A stretch of DNA of 32,958 nucleotides from Catajapyx aquilonaris (Eukaryota). The position numbers were made by a program, and so were the translations under genes. The stretch is from NCBI GenBank assembly GCA_000934665.2, contig JYFJ02000248.1:124001-156958 (forward strand). Direction: 5' to 3'. The notes below the pieces were generated by a model that was not told the DNA's origin, made no database searches, and was given only the letters and a program-made list of their open reading frames with translations. Positions 1 to 14,300 of the stretch are shown here, piece by piece (position 1 is the stretch's first letter; each line of letters opens with the position of its first letter).

Positions 1-3000
1 AATACCGGTACCTCACGTAAGGAAAATTAGGCCGTGCTGTGGTTTTGACCCGGGCTTGACGTCATTGACCCTGCATATATAACGCCGTCTTGATTACATC
101 ACGCACCAGCGTGAAATGAGCTTAATTTTACGTCTTGTGCATATATTACACTCTCGCCACAAAAGCAGTTACAATTACGTTTAAAAATTTGTGAAAATTC
201 ATTTTTTGCCACGTATGTCGTCATTTTACAACTTTATTGCAGCCAATTTCTCCAAATATACTGTCCGATTATTGCAGTCAGTCTAACCCAGTTCAGCGGA
301 CTGGAGTTCATTAAAACATCACAATGGTTCCAACCATCAGCTGACAGTTTCCTCTAAGATGAATGGTAAGAAATCGATTAATCACCGTTGGATGTTCAAT
401 AATTAATCGTGACAAGTTGGGTGGCGGAACGATATTCTGCTTTCGATCTGTACTGCAATGAATATTTCATAACACCCCGTTGATGGGGTCACCCGATGCC
501 AATTGATCAACATTGAAGGCGTGAATACAATACCAAATGAAAGCATATTGAAACATCACCGTTAATGATCTTCATCATTAAATTGAATCAAATAATTCGC
601 ATTCGATGCTATATGGGCCAATTTCCCAGCATCTGACCGCCCTTAATTGCCTTCAACCGCAAAGTGACCCTTTGCTTTCATGACCATAACCGCCGAACGA
701 AAGTGCTGCATCGACAATGCTAGCCCAAAGCAGCTCACCTGCACCCAAAGACCGCAATCACAATCACAACATTTTAATCGCCAAGATTAAATGCACCATG
801 AGGTCATTCGAGCTTGGTGAAAGCAGACCACTCTTATAAACCCACCTTTCTCCGAGGCAGAATAGTCGGACACTTAATAATTAACGTGCACTTTAGCATA
901 TAGATTGCAGCAGTAACACGTCTCAAAAATGTTTTTCGCAGTCATGTGAGAGTGAAAAGTACTTGCAATGAGACATATATCACTTTTTGAAGAAGAAGAA
1001 GAGTGGGTCACTATATGGCTGACTGAGAAACATGGGCGTTGGCGGTCGAGTTATCTGCTGCTGGTTGTTGTCTTCCTTTTTGGTATCATTATTTTTAGCC
1101 AAAGGTAGATCCTAGTAGGTACAATGAGGCCGTGACCAAACGGAGATGATTCAAAACTGGCCTGCTGGGTTCGGTGGACTGGAAAAAAAGAACGGGGTTT
1201 GTTTTAGCAGTATGTCACTATTCTGAGTTACGTCATGAGAAATGCATTGTCTTGGAAGGAAAGGCCCACTAATTGTTTGCACAGCCATCTGGTAGGTGAC
1301 AAGTCTTCATACACATGTGGCTGTACAGGGTAAAAGACTGTTACTCACCAGGATGTCAAAATACCGTGAGAACTCTTAATTTTATAGCCATTTAATTAAG
1401 CGACTATCATTAATAAAAACACCCACCTGAGTAGACTTTGTCATAGCAGTTGCGATCCGCACCTATTGTGGAGATGATTTAAATCACTGAGATGTAGCTC
1501 GGCCTCCTGAAGCAAGTGTTTAACTCACATAACATAACGAAACCAGTTACATCCACACAAATAATGACCAGTTCTTCCTGCAAAACTGCATTTAGTTCTA
1601 TGTCCAGAAAAACAATGAGGTCGTTAAAAAAATTATCTCTTGTACACAGATAACACTTGTGGCGTTCCGGAAGAATGTTTCGTTAGGTCAGTGTGTTAAT
1701 ACGCTAACTAAATTTATTGGCATAAAATATTTAATTTTTTAGGTATGGAAGTAGAATTTAAGTGAGCCGCCTTTTACAGTATCCTGTGTCAGTCACGGTC
1801 GTCCCTTTTTACGACTTTCACGGTGAGAAATGGTCGCGCCTGGATGGCACTTAATCAAGCATTTTCGATGTTTTATGAGCATTCTAAGCATCCCGAGACA
1901 AGAAGCATTTTTTACTGCATAGAAAGCATGGAATGACAGTCGTTATTAAGGTTTAAGATCTACTTGGAGAAGATTTAGAACCACGACCAGTTCCCAATAA
2001 CAGTTATTCATCATGTCACGAGACGACTCAATTTTTTGACTGTCTAAACCAGGTCTAAACGGTTTGAAAATGAAACCGCTCAAGTTCCGGTGGGTCCCTC
2101 GTCCCTGTGTATGAAAGCAAATTCTGGGAAAGAAGTACCGTACTTGTAAGTCACGATATGATTTTTTCTCCTTTCTCCGGAAATTATGCCACGTGAAAGA
2201 AACGGAAAAAAAATTCCGAAGCATATTCCCTCAACTTGCTCCAATCTAGAAAACTTTCGCTGACTATTTCATCCTGTCAAAAAAATAATTACCACGCTTC
2301 TTAAATTAAAACTGGTTTCTAACCCAAAACATTATTGTTTTTATTATCGCATGACGTTGCACCTCAGCAAACGACCTTTCGCGTCCTTCATGCCTGGCAA
2401 TGCAAGTTTTCCGATGACTGACCCCCAGCCATATTCCATATAGTGCTATACATGACTTTCATTAGATACTGATCAGATAATTTTTAATTTTGCTTTCACC
2501 GATCACTCTACAATATGTAGAGTATGATCCAGGCTAATTCGAGCGTTCAAGTCTCCAGTTATTTTCAGGAGTTGGACACTTCAATGTTCGGAAGTGTTTT
2601 TCTGTGTGAATTACCGCAGTGGTAAACTTCCTTCTTACTGCAGTAACTAGGGAACTTGTGAGCGTGTATAGGAAAAGGAGAAGAAGGAAGGGGGGGTTCT
2701 TCTGCAGACCAGCTGACCCCAAACTGCCCAAGCGAAGGGGCCGGCTGGCTGGTTCCCAAGATGCAGCAGCAGCGCCCAGTCTTCACTTGCTGGGTCACTA
2801 TCCCTGGCAACCATCACTTGGCCACACTCCGCAACAGAGACTCACTCGGAGAGGTTCGAGATGAAGACTCTCCTAGAGCTCTCAGAAGGAGAAGTGTGAC
2901 TTGTAGACACTAGAGGAGAACTATAGCTGGCTGTTTGTGTGACTTATTTTTTTTATTGGACTCCAAATCGGGGATTTTTTGCCGACTGGATAGGGAGTTC

Positions 3001-5550
3001 TAACACCTGAAGCAGCATGAGTGTCATTACACAGGTTTGTTGCATATTTACTACCATACTCATCAGTGTCAGTAAGAACTTAATGGCTATAAACGTTATT
3101 TCAAAAAACAATGTTAATATCTGATTGCCCATTAAAATGCTCATAAATTGCACACTTTAACGTTTTACACTCGATACTTTTATGCTGTGTGTCAAAAAGT
3201 ACCTGACTGTTAACATGTGAAGGTTTCGTATACGCCATAAAATAAGTTATGAAACGGTGAATGCTTTTTACCGAATTGTAACCGATGTTTGCCGAATGTA
3301 ATTATTGTAGGCTTGTATATAAGCCTATTATTTTCATTTTACTGGAATGTTACATAAATTTAGAAGATAATTGCAAAAATCGCTCGCGTGGTGAACGTAT
3401 ACACTTAATATTCTATAATTTGCAACGTAGAATGTAGGCAATGTATAGCATAATTTTTATAATTTACAGACCAATGATCATTCAGATGATATTGAATTCA
3501 TACAACTTACATTAAACATACGACAATATATACGCCTGGAGACTGGCTGCATATTCATGAAAGGAGATATATTCTTTTCCATTTGCGCTAATTCACTGTG
3601 TAACTGTGGTTGACCAATAACTTTCCCACTTCATTTTTCAAATATTGTACCACGGTGTAGCATCCGGAGAACGACTCATCTCCTGTGGCCAAATTTTACG
3701 CTCTCATATTTTTTCCCTTCAACTTACGTGAAAAATGGTATGCGCTACTTTCGCCGGTTCTTCACAGACAGTTCAAGTTCGACGTTTACTACATTTTACA
3801 CAAAGGTTAATGACTTATTTTCCCGCTACAATATAAGAAATATACAGTATATATGTTCAACAAACAAAATGTATAATGACAGAAGATGTCTTTTATTTAT
3901 TAGAAATCAATGAAATTATCAAGTATGATCACTCTAGCGCATTTTTATAACATATATTTTATATTTTCACTATTCGCGTAACTACAATTATGTATAGTCA
4001 GAATAATTGCTTTGTTCTTGGTTAATTTCAAATAAATAAATGGGGAAATGTCGGCTTCCATCCATCATATAGACACCCTTAGAATAGACTTTCATTAGTT
4101 TCGGTGTCGCATAATGGCAATTAAGGCCGAATAAAAATGACGCCCAGCAGATGGGGAGGATAATTTTCTAGGCAAGCGGTAATACTGGAAAAGGAACGCG
4201 GAACAGTCTAACTGTGCCTGCAATAAAAGTGTCTTTTGTGCACAAAAGAGTCACTTTTCTAAGTCACTCATGAATTAATCTTTGCTTCTAACATTAGGTA
4301 AAAGAGAAATCTTACGGTTCTAGTTTTTTAAATAACGAAAACGGGACTGCGACAAACGAAGCTACTCTGGAAAATACACATCTCGCAATGCTTTTCTTGT
4401 GCAAGTGAGGATGGTCGGATATGTGACGTAAACCAATTTCCTAGAGAATTTCCTAGCCATTGACTTCTCCGTTATCCTGTATGCAGGCATTTATAGTAGG
4501 TTAATATCAAAAAGTATATATTTTCAAAAAGAAAACAATTTCACTTATCATATTTCACATTACAGTATGTGTGAGACACTCATTAGCATATAGGTACTGT
4601 ATTTGTTAAACATGTATTCCATATGTAATGACATTTACCAGCTAGTTTTTGTATCCTGGAGCTCGAATGAGATTCTATAATAAGACACACTGATGTTATA
4701 TTACCTACAACAATTAAATTATTCAACAATGTCATTTAAAGAGGATATAAGAATAATTAATGAAGGCCAGTGACGTCTGTGCTCATGCTCCATTGACCAT
4801 AATGTATAACTTTATATTTTTTATGCTGACATCTATGGCTCCATAGGCCTACAGGATGGTGCATTGCACAGTTCAAGATAATGGTTCGGGAGGAAACTAG
4901 GGATTGTTTTTACTTCAGAAACATTGTAAAAAAGAGAGGACAAAATCATCCAATCTGCAAACTACTGCTTCCAACAGGTTGTTTCAATTTAATTTGGTTT
5001 CTGGTGTTAACATTCCATTACTTCTGCCCGAATAGCAACAACTCCTTGATTCTGAATGATTGATTATTTGCCGACAATTTATAAATAATTTGAGGATGTA
5101 TGCAGTTTTAAAAATGATTTATGAATAATTTTTTATTATTTTGTGGAAGATATCTAGACACAATGATTCGGAGATTTTTAAAATGCAAACAAGAAGTTGT
5201 TTCCCTCTCGCTTCTCCCTATTTGTTCATCTTGGAATGTGAACATAGGCATTGTATATGATGATGACTCGACATAACATCAAGTGCCTTTCAAAATATGC
5301 CCCTAACACAATCAAGCCAGCGACACTCGACCAACATTTTATGACCCATCCAGCTACTTTCGAGTTCATATTGCCAAATTTATTACTTCTGAATTGTGCA
5401 GAATTAAAACGATACGAATCAAATCCAGGACGCAGTCCAATTGAATAGGGGTTAATTCGGCAATATATAAATGGGTCCCACGATACGAAAAAAAAGTCCG
5501 CACACGTCTATATCCGCGCTCAGGCAACCGGGATCTTATATACGTATATT

Positions 5551-5587
5551 TATAAAACAAGTAGGCCAGGAGACACCGAAGTCACTC
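5551..5587 (+). promoter_or_regulatory. TATA box (TATAAAA 5551-5557) and Inr-like TCACT (5582-5586) of the Pro-rich secreted protein gene
   Basis: About 30-bp TATA-Inr spacing, lying about 45 nt upstream of the ATG at 5630. Confidence 0.6.
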
Positions 5588-5629
5588 TACTGAGCAACCC
5601 TGCTGCTGAGAACAAGAAAAAATTGGTGC

Positions 5630-5665
5630 ATGAAGCTCACACCGAGGATGTATCGAGTCGGGGGG
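5630..5665 (+). CDS. Coding exon 1 of secreted Pro/Gln-rich protein (MKLTPRMYRVGG)
   Basis: ATG 5630 and donor GG|GTATGC at 5666, phase 0. It joins in frame to 8658 and supplies the basic N-region of a signal peptide. Confidence 0.7.
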
Positions 5666-8657
5666 GTATGCGGTAATGAAAAACCCACCGCACGTGATTT
5701 TGTCACCGTTAGAATACACGCATACCTTCGGAGCCTAATGACCTTCTTGGCAACGAGCCCTCTCGATTCCAGAATTTAGAGGCCTCTGGGAAGAAAGGTC
5801 ATGGGCACTTTGCAAGCCAATGCAAAACTAGACTTTCGCCTACGAAACACATCCTCAGGCCTGTACTTAGAGCGTGAACACAACCGTTTGAATTTAATAT
5901 GTAAAAAAAGGGTGGACACACACACATACACACGTGTCAATAAAAGTAGGTTTCAATTTTTATAATTTAGGCCCACGTATGAGATGGTCAATCACAAACA
6001 CTTTCTAAATACGTATTCAGGTCATATGCATAAGTATCTCCAATAGAAGTGCTCTCCAAACATTACAAAAGGGTGCGTTCCGTACTCCTAATTACTATTT
6101 GCACAGTGCCGCACCATTTCCCAGCAAAAATTTCTCCTTTCAGTTTCGAACTATAAAATTTTAGTCACGTACAATAATGGATCCCTCCCTTTTAAAACAA
6201 TGCAATGCAGCGAACAAGTCAATTCCTTGCGCCAAAATGATATCAGGATAATCTCGGGGTTTAATTCGAGAGATGTTGCCGTTTGACCCTATTATTACTG
6301 CCTCAGCATGTATTCTCTTTGGGAACTATCGTTCCGCCAAAATGATAATTGCAAAGCCCCCCTTTTTGAGCTGGGGGGTTCACACCGTTTCCACCTTGGC
6401 GTGACTTTGAAAGCGGCAATTTGATGGCCAAATGGTGAGAGAAGATGATGGAACATTCCTCTCTCGATGCAAAAAGACTTCTTATGGATGATGCTCCACG
6501 CCCTTTGTGTACCTCTTCTTTTTCTCTACTCGCAATTTTATTGGCACAGATGTGATAGAAAGGCTGAGGGAAACGGATTGCCCGTGGTAATTGGTATGAC
6601 GGGGGGCAATTGGGGATTGTAGTACGACACTCCTACTGTTATTGCTCTCAGAACATAACGTGTGTGGAAGAAAGGTGACCTGCTTTAATACGTGTCGGGC
6701 AATATTGCGCTTCGAAATACATTACAACTTGCATTATAGAATTTTAGAAAACTGGCCCCACCATACACTGAATTTTGCTCCCAACTATACATACCGTACA
6801 TTTTCATACAGCTTGAAAAATTACAAATTTCCTAATAATCATAGGTGAATCCATTTATTGCAACAAACCTCACCTTTCAAATTGCTTTCTAATAATGTGG
6901 AAGCACGATAGTCATTTGACCTATTCTTAAATCGCATGATAGGCGAAGTGATCTGCAATTTTCCCTCTAATTATGGTGCCTGAAGGTACTTACAAATAAG
7001 TGACGAGCGAGTTTCATCACATACGTCGCCTATTATTATTTCTACAAGATCAGACACGCATCTTGAAATAAGAGCATGTTCTGCTATATCTACTTGTAAT
7101 ATCACTTAATCTGTCAGTATATATCGTGCCGATCGTGCAAAACAAACTGATCGCTTCGAGATCGTGCTCTTCTTCTGGTGACAGATGCATGACATGATTT
7201 TTTTTGGGTGATGTTCTGCGTTACCTTCCGCCGGTACCACCACAGTGAAAGTAGCCTCTAATTGCTTATGGCCGGCCAGTAGTGGAACCATCTCAGTCAC
7301 GCAAAACTTTCCTGTTGACAAAAGATCTTGCTGTCGGCCATGTACTGGGCAAAAAGGCACCGCACGGTTTGCATACCGTTTAGCATCAGTACGTGCAAAA
7401 AAAAAGGTCCATTACTTCTGCGGTATATGAAACGTGTGCTCCCCCGGTTGGTCAACTGCTAATTACCCGCATTAGGCAAGTTTTAATTTGGCGACAAAGA
7501 GGTTTCTCCGCACGACTTGGGTGCCGTTGACCATTATTAGCCGACCTCCGTGCAATTTGTACCTAGTCAGTTAGTGCAAGTCATTACCTCAGACACTTTA
7601 TACGTGCCCTCAAGAGAAAACCCACATCCGTTTAAAAGAGGCTTCCATTTTATCACCTGCTGACAACTTACACGACCCACTTTGCAAGTGCATGAGAATA
7701 TTTGCTTGTTACAGATTGCACAGCAAAATAACTGTTCAAAGGTTCTAAAATGTACATCAACCACCTTCAACAATAAGCGATTGTGTACAGCGCAGTAAGT
7801 AATGAGAATATCATAATATGCGCTCTATAAACCACCACATTTCTGCATATATCATGCGTGTGTCTCGTTAGGAAAATGCGACACTCTACTTGCATTATGA
7901 CCTTATGAGCAGGGCGAAAATGTTTAGTGATGTACTCGTTTTTGTTCTTTGCAACTGCCTAACACATTCTTGTGTAATGGACTCATCTTGAAGGCGGGAT
8001 ATTGCACAGGTATATGGTGTTGTACAAGTTTTTGTGGGTCACCGGCGGTTTCTAACATATTTTTTGGTTGCAAATTTCGCCCTAGAGATTTCTCTAACGT
8101 TTCGCGATTCGCAGAATATATGATTACTATGATTATAAACGGCGAGGTATCGCACATCGCGCCCTTGCTGCAGATGATTTCACTATATGAATGTTCAGTA
8201 TTTCACATGCGTCACGTACACTACAATCACATGCAAAATTTCCTGAGAAAGGGCAAGGATATTATGTACTAAAATAGGTTAATATTCGTTGCATTAAATT
8301 GATCGTAGTGCCATTGTGTTAACATGAACAAATCAATTCAGTTAAAGGTCATCCGTTGTTAACAAATATTTTATAAAAACTTATCCGGCTCAATATTTCA
8401 TCATCGCATTTGCCAAACAGTAGTTTGCAACATGACACATGTTGGCTCACCACATGAGACATGTTCACACGCTCCTTTGCATAGAATAGATGCTCAACCT
8501 GCAGAGCAAGTTTCATTACCTGCAGTGGTTTCCACACAGCAATCATACCAGTATTTCAACTTAAACAGTACATTTTGTAACCTTGCTCATTCACATCCAA
8601 CTCTTTATTTTTCGTTGTTGTTGTTAATGATGATATCATTGTTTTATTGTTCTACAG

Positions 8658-10562
8658 GTGGCCCTGGTTGTCGGGGCGCTCCTAGTGTTGGTGACCCCAT
8701 CACTAATGGCCGAGTCACCCCAAGAAGATGTACCTTTCGAGACGGAACAGTCTCCAGGTACGCTGTCAGACCGAATGTTGCCACCAGCACCGCACCGTTT
8801 TCCCCAGAGGTACGCAGCCACCAGGAGAAGATACCCTCTGAGGCCTCGTCCTCCGTGGGCCGGACCCAACCAGCTGCCACCACCTCACTTTAAAAGGCGA
8901 CCTGGACTCTTCAAAAGACCTCCACCGAGGCCCATACAGAAGCCATTGCCTCCACCACCCCCTCCGCCTCCGCCACCCCCACCCAAACCAACAAACAACA
9001 ACAACAACCGACAGCCTGGACACTTCTTCGACAGACCTTTTCCTTCAGGAGCCGTCGAACCTCCCAGCTTCTCACCTCCCGACCCATTGTTCCATCAACC
9101 CAGGCCTAAACCGGTGGACATAACGACTGAAAAACCGGACCTGGACATCCAGGTCCCGTCCGAGTCGTCCCAGAGCGCGGCCTACTCGCATCCGATCCAC
9201 GACAACAACGGGTGGGAACCGGTGTATCCGCCTCCGAGGCCGCAATTCTTCCATCATGGTCCACCGCAGTCCACACAGGTCATCTTCAGCACTCCAAAGC
9301 CCGTCGTGCTGGCCACCACGCCTGCACCTCACTTGCTGTTCGCACCATCGACGCCACAGCCAGTGTTCCGTCCGCAACAGTTCTTCCCCGTACCTTCCTT
9401 TCCAGCACCGCAGCCTCTCCTGTACTTCCACTCGAACCCCAACGAGCACCAGGTGGCTAGAGACCACCACGTGAACCATGACCTGGAAAGTGTGCCAACT
9501 CACCACCAGCAGTACGGTCCTCCTCATCAGCCTCCTCCACAACAGTACGGTCCTTCTCAACAGTACGGTCCTCCTCAGTACCACCAACCTCTGGTGCACT
9601 ACGTACGGGCGCCTGAACCCATAATAGAGATCATAGTGCAGGATTCAAATGAGACGCTTCCTTCGTTACCAACGGAGACGCCACCGACGTACCCGACGTT
9701 TCCGGTACGCAAAGAGCCGGTGGAGGTGTACTACATCAAGTACGCGGACAAGAAGAAGAACGGCGGCGGCGGCGGATACGGGTTTTCCGGAAGCGGTATT
9801 GCTGCCGATTCCACCAATGTGTCACCTCTTCCGCCGTTGGAAGCACCGCCTTTCAATCCATCCGATTACGACAACGTGGAAGAAGCAGCCAAGGAGCATT
9901 TCTCCAGCTTCGGATTGAAAGAAGGGTACAGCGGCAGCAGCAGGGAACCGGTGTACCACGACAACTTAGTATCGTCAACACCGTTGCCGCAACCGACATA
10001 CGCGCCGAAGCAGGAGCAGTCGACAACTCTTCGGACCATAATCAGACCAGAGTCCGAAATACACACTCCGACCAACCTACGAGTTGTGTTCGGCAAGGAA
10101 GTGCTGGTCCACGGAGGACATGGGAACAACGATCAAGGAGGGTACCAGCGTGTCAGTACTGGCTCTGGCTCCGGTACCGGTTCGTACGGCAACCAGCAGT
10201 TTTCATCATTCAGCCAGCTTCAGCCTGCCAGTACAGTGTACCAGGCTGTAGCCAACAAGAACAAAGGCAACAGCTACCAGCAGATACCACCTCCGCCATC
10301 AGGTCCGTCCGGTTACGGCTTCGGAGGTCAGTTCGCCGAAAGCACGCAACAGCAACAACGTTCAGACTCTAGCAAGCAGCAGCAGCAACAACAGGTGAAG
10401 AGAGTGGACACCGACGAGGTCACAAAGGTCGTGGGTGACTTCCACAAGGAGGCTGAACCTGCCACAAGCAGCTTCAGCAGCAGTAGTTTGCCTGACGAAG
10501 TCCCGGAAGACCTGAGGAAGCAACTGCTGGCATCGGGGATATTACACAACGCGGAGATTCAG
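8658..10562 (+). CDS. Exon 2 of secreted Pro/Gln-rich (extensin-like, probable cuticle/extracellular matrix) protein
   Basis: Acceptor ttctacag at 8657 and donor CAG|GTAAGG at 10563; 635 open codons; hydrophobic VALVVGALLVLV, poly-Pro, QQYGPP repeats. Confidence 0.9.
9507..9582 (+). repeat. Coding tandem repeat CA(G/A)CAGTACGGTCCT x3 (QQYGPP/QQYGPS)
   Basis: Visible directly in DNA and protein. Confidence 0.8.
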
Positions 10563-10777
10563 GTAAGGTGAACCGCATCGAGGTCACGCTGTTGCACGAC
10601 AAGGTTATTCGTGAGGGTCACACGTGATAAAGAAAGTCGCTGGGGACTTTCGAGACAGGATGCTATTTAGCCAGAAAAGACGTGACTGAAAATATTTATT
10701 GCGTCAACTTCGATTGGACCATCAATGCTGCGTGTGATACTTTCCTATTAACTTAGCGTTTAATTATATGTCAACAG

Positions 10778-11386
10778 GTGGTCAACTATGACCCTTCTGC
10801 TCAGCCCAGCAGCTCTGGAGAAGCTCCATCACCCCAGGGCGGGTACGACGACCACAACGGCCACGGACCACCGATACAGTACAACAACTGGCGTCGATCA
10901 GACTCGGACCAAGACAAAGCCGAGAGCAAGATCCAGCGAACATTAGTTCCAGTAGACCCAGAGAAAAACCCACTGGAAGACATCGCGACTGTGCCAGAAC
11001 TGGAGCGACTTCCTGAACTGAAGGGAAAGAAAATCACCGGAATAGTGGTCCTGCCCAAAAAGTACACGGCGTCCGGAATCAGACGAGACGACAAATCCGG
11101 TTTTACGGAGGAATCCAACAAGAAGAAACAGATGCTGCTTCTCTTCACAGACGGCGGATCCAGCAGGAAGACCAATCCTGATGAGACTGATATTTATTTG
11201 TACGACTCCAACAGTGGGGATATCAACTCGGTGGTGGCCAACATGACAGAACTGGAGGAACTGTTGGGTCCCCAACTTCAGTCGTTTATGGCAGCACAGA
11301 GCCAGCACAACAGGCACGGCAACCTTGTCCGAACCTACCGCCATCTAGAAGAAGTGTCAACAAACACAACGGAGACCACCCCTTAA
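10778..11386 (+). CDS. Last exon of secreted Pro/Gln-rich protein (total about 849 aa)
   Basis: Acceptor tcaacag at 10777, phase 0 (..NAEIQ|VVNYD..), TAA stop, AATAAA at about 11502-11516. Confidence 0.85.
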   Translation: MVNYDPSAQPSSSGEAPSPQGGYDDHNGHGPPIQYNNWRRSDSDQDKAESKIQRTLVPVDPEKNPLEDIATVPELERLPELKGKKITGIVVLPKKYTASGIRRDDKSGFTEESNKKKQMLLLFTDGGSSRKTNPDETDIYLYDSNSGDINSVVANMTELEELLGPQLQSFMAAQSQHNRHGNLVRTYRHLEEVSTNTTETTP

Positions 11387-14300
11387 GATGAGTGTCTGTC
11401 ACGGTATGTGCATGACTTTCATGAACTCAGGAACTATGTAAAAGTGACAGAGTCGTCAGCATAAGTGAAGTGCTGGTGCAGTGCAAACAGACAAAACAGA
11501 CAATAAAAAAAATAAAAGTTTTGATATAAAAAAAATGGGCGTGCTGCGTGAACATTGATGACAAAAATTTTCTCTTCGTGAGCGGTCTTGGAGATCTAAT
11601 TATACTACGAACCGTATATATCGTGTCGCTTTCTCCTTAAGTAAAAAGGACCACCCTGCTGGTGCCGTATTGTCAACACTGTGGAATTCAGCATTTAAAA
11701 AAAACACCTTAAATAGACCGAACAACTTAATTAACGGCACACGTTGTACGATCCGGTCAAACTAATACTTTGTACTTAAACGTCGCCCTCCCCCGTATTT
11801 ATATGTAAAGAACACATTAAAAGAAACGAAACCTGCCCTAAAGTGTGTTATGCCTGAAAAAAAGTAAAGCACTGCTGCTCTACGAAGCAAAGTAAAAAAA
11901 AAAAACACATTAAAACGTGTCTTCTTTTCACTTCACGTCCAAGCCTCCTGCTGACATAGTTGTACAAATTTTCAGGGTGACATAGGTCACCAGCAAGGTC
12001 GATTAAAAGGGGCCAAACCGGAACTTGGTATCCGGTCATGTCATGATGACTTAGAAAATGTCGGACCAAGTCATTTACCTAGAATTCCGAATCCCCGAAC
12101 TGACCCTTTCGAGTATTGCGCTCGGGAAAGAAAAAAAAAAATCTTTACTTGAAGGAGGTCAAAGGACGCATAAATCTTTTTGGAAGGGGTCAGAATACAT
12201 CGCTTTTGATGGGGTTGGCATCACCGTAAGACCGGCTTGCCTCCTTTTTGGTCACTCCTTGGAAGAAGAAAAAAAAACTGATATAACAATGCAGGAATGT
12301 AAATGAAACGGGGCCTGTCCAGCAGCACGTGGGTTCCATAATTATCTGGACATTTTTTGGGGTCAACTTATAGGTACATGTTCCCACTTATGAAATTCCT
12401 TGGAAGATGCTGACCACCGTGACGTACGTCTTAGCCATTATAGAAAATCGTGAGTACATTACCAGGGTGTTTTGTATGCCTTTCATTTTGTGTTGTTGAC
12501 TCCTCGTGATGTTTGATGATTCGAAATCTTGTGGTGAAGCTTGTGTTTTTTTTAAAGGGCTGAATCGTTATGCGGAGGTGATGGCGGGGTTATTGAATCT
12601 TCCTTCACTCGGATAGTTGAAAAGTTCCTGTATAGTGATGCAACATTGTAATAGAATATTACGTCAGATGACACAAAATGCGAATAAATTATTCAGCTGC
12701 TAACACTTCCTGAGTAACTCAGATGGTTACAATAAGCACATTTTAAAATCAATTTGTGAGTTACATTTATTGATTCTATTTCATTAAATGAACCGAGAAA
12801 AATATTTAGAGAGTATAATACAAAATGAGTCAATTTCGTTATGCATGCACGTATCGGTATAAAGTTTCCCATTCAATTGCACTTTTCTTGCATGGAAACT
12901 AGTAGCCTACAAAAATGTGTTACAAATTGAAAGCGACCTGAAAACGTGCTCGTTCCATACTAGATTTTGTATCCACAAACTGGTGACCACTCACACTATA
13001 CATGGTGCCCGCAAGCTCTTTAGCCAATAATTAATTACAATATATGCAACTAGCAATATCTTTTAAGATTGACCTTTCCCTTGAATACCATTAAGCCAAC
13101 ACTCATCCAGCTAATGACAAATAATTGTGAGAAAGTTTTTACATGTATGAAAGTGAATAGTCTTGGCACCACCTTGCGATATCCATCCCAAAACAAATGG
13201 CGCATTTGGCAGACGCATAAAAATTCTCGAAAGTGACTGATTCGCATTATGTTTCTTCGGACTAACAGTGAAAACACCTCGGAGTGAATGCCCCGTGAGG
13301 ATGACTTTGGCAAATGTCCACTGTTGATGACTTGAGACCTTTCTCCAAAGGCTCAGGTTCCATTATCCAATGTTCCTGTTGCCTTAATTTCCTTTCCAAT
13401 ATAATGCCTGTGACACCTACACTTTCATAAAAAAATATATATACAACACACTGATCCAGGTCGCAATCAGGGCTGGCTCTATGTCGGAATGGTGGTCGTG
13501 TCCTGCCAGCCTTTGACCCTTCTCAACAACCTTCCCCTAAGCATCACACACACACAAAAAAAACAGGTTTGAATACACTTCTTCTTAAGCAGAAGCTCAG
13601 GCCATAATCCAACTTCCCGATTTCTCTTCTCAGACCTGTATATGTTTCTAGTGCGACCCTCTTCTTCAGGAATCGGTTTCCTCATAATGTGCACCACAGG
13701 CACAAAGTGGAGGATTTTTATTGCGACTGTTACTGGCGGGGGTTGTCCAACCTTTGAAACTTGTCTTGGATGCGCTAATAAACGACAAATCGATGAAATA
13801 AGGACCTTTGCCATATTATGAAATGCTGGCAGAATTAGGTAGCAACAGGGCTGGTAATAATTAATTGCGCAATGTTCGGCAGCATTTGTTGCAGAGTGTC
13901 GAAATGCATGCTCATTGTCAACAACCCACAGTATTTGCACTAAAGTGTGATTGGGACAGCCCACCACGCTGTAAATTGAAAGATTTGGCACACCACCGAT
14001 TGCACAACTGTTGCATCTTTTGTAGATTCGCAAAATGTCAAATCATTGCAAATAATTAATGTCTGCGCTATTAGCTAACTATATTAGTGTGTCGAAATCT
14101 GTGATTCGAATATTAAAATACAGTTAATGCTTGGTTTAATATTCTTCATTCATTCATTTCCGCATGTGGCATATTGAGTTATTATCAGTCGATCAATCAA
14201 TAGGCTGAGTGAATGATAAATAAGGATTCAAACTAATTAGCTCTTGCATAAAATTATTTTAGTTCAACTGATCACTAATATTATCTGAATGGCAAATCAC

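Noticed and set aside
8432..11344. Antisense and alternate-frame ORFs over the Pro-rich gene
   Set aside because: Shadows of GC-rich, codon-biased coding sequence
13479..14033. 184-aa minus-strand ORF
   Set aside because: No recognisable domain, non-coding-like composition, no convincing splice context
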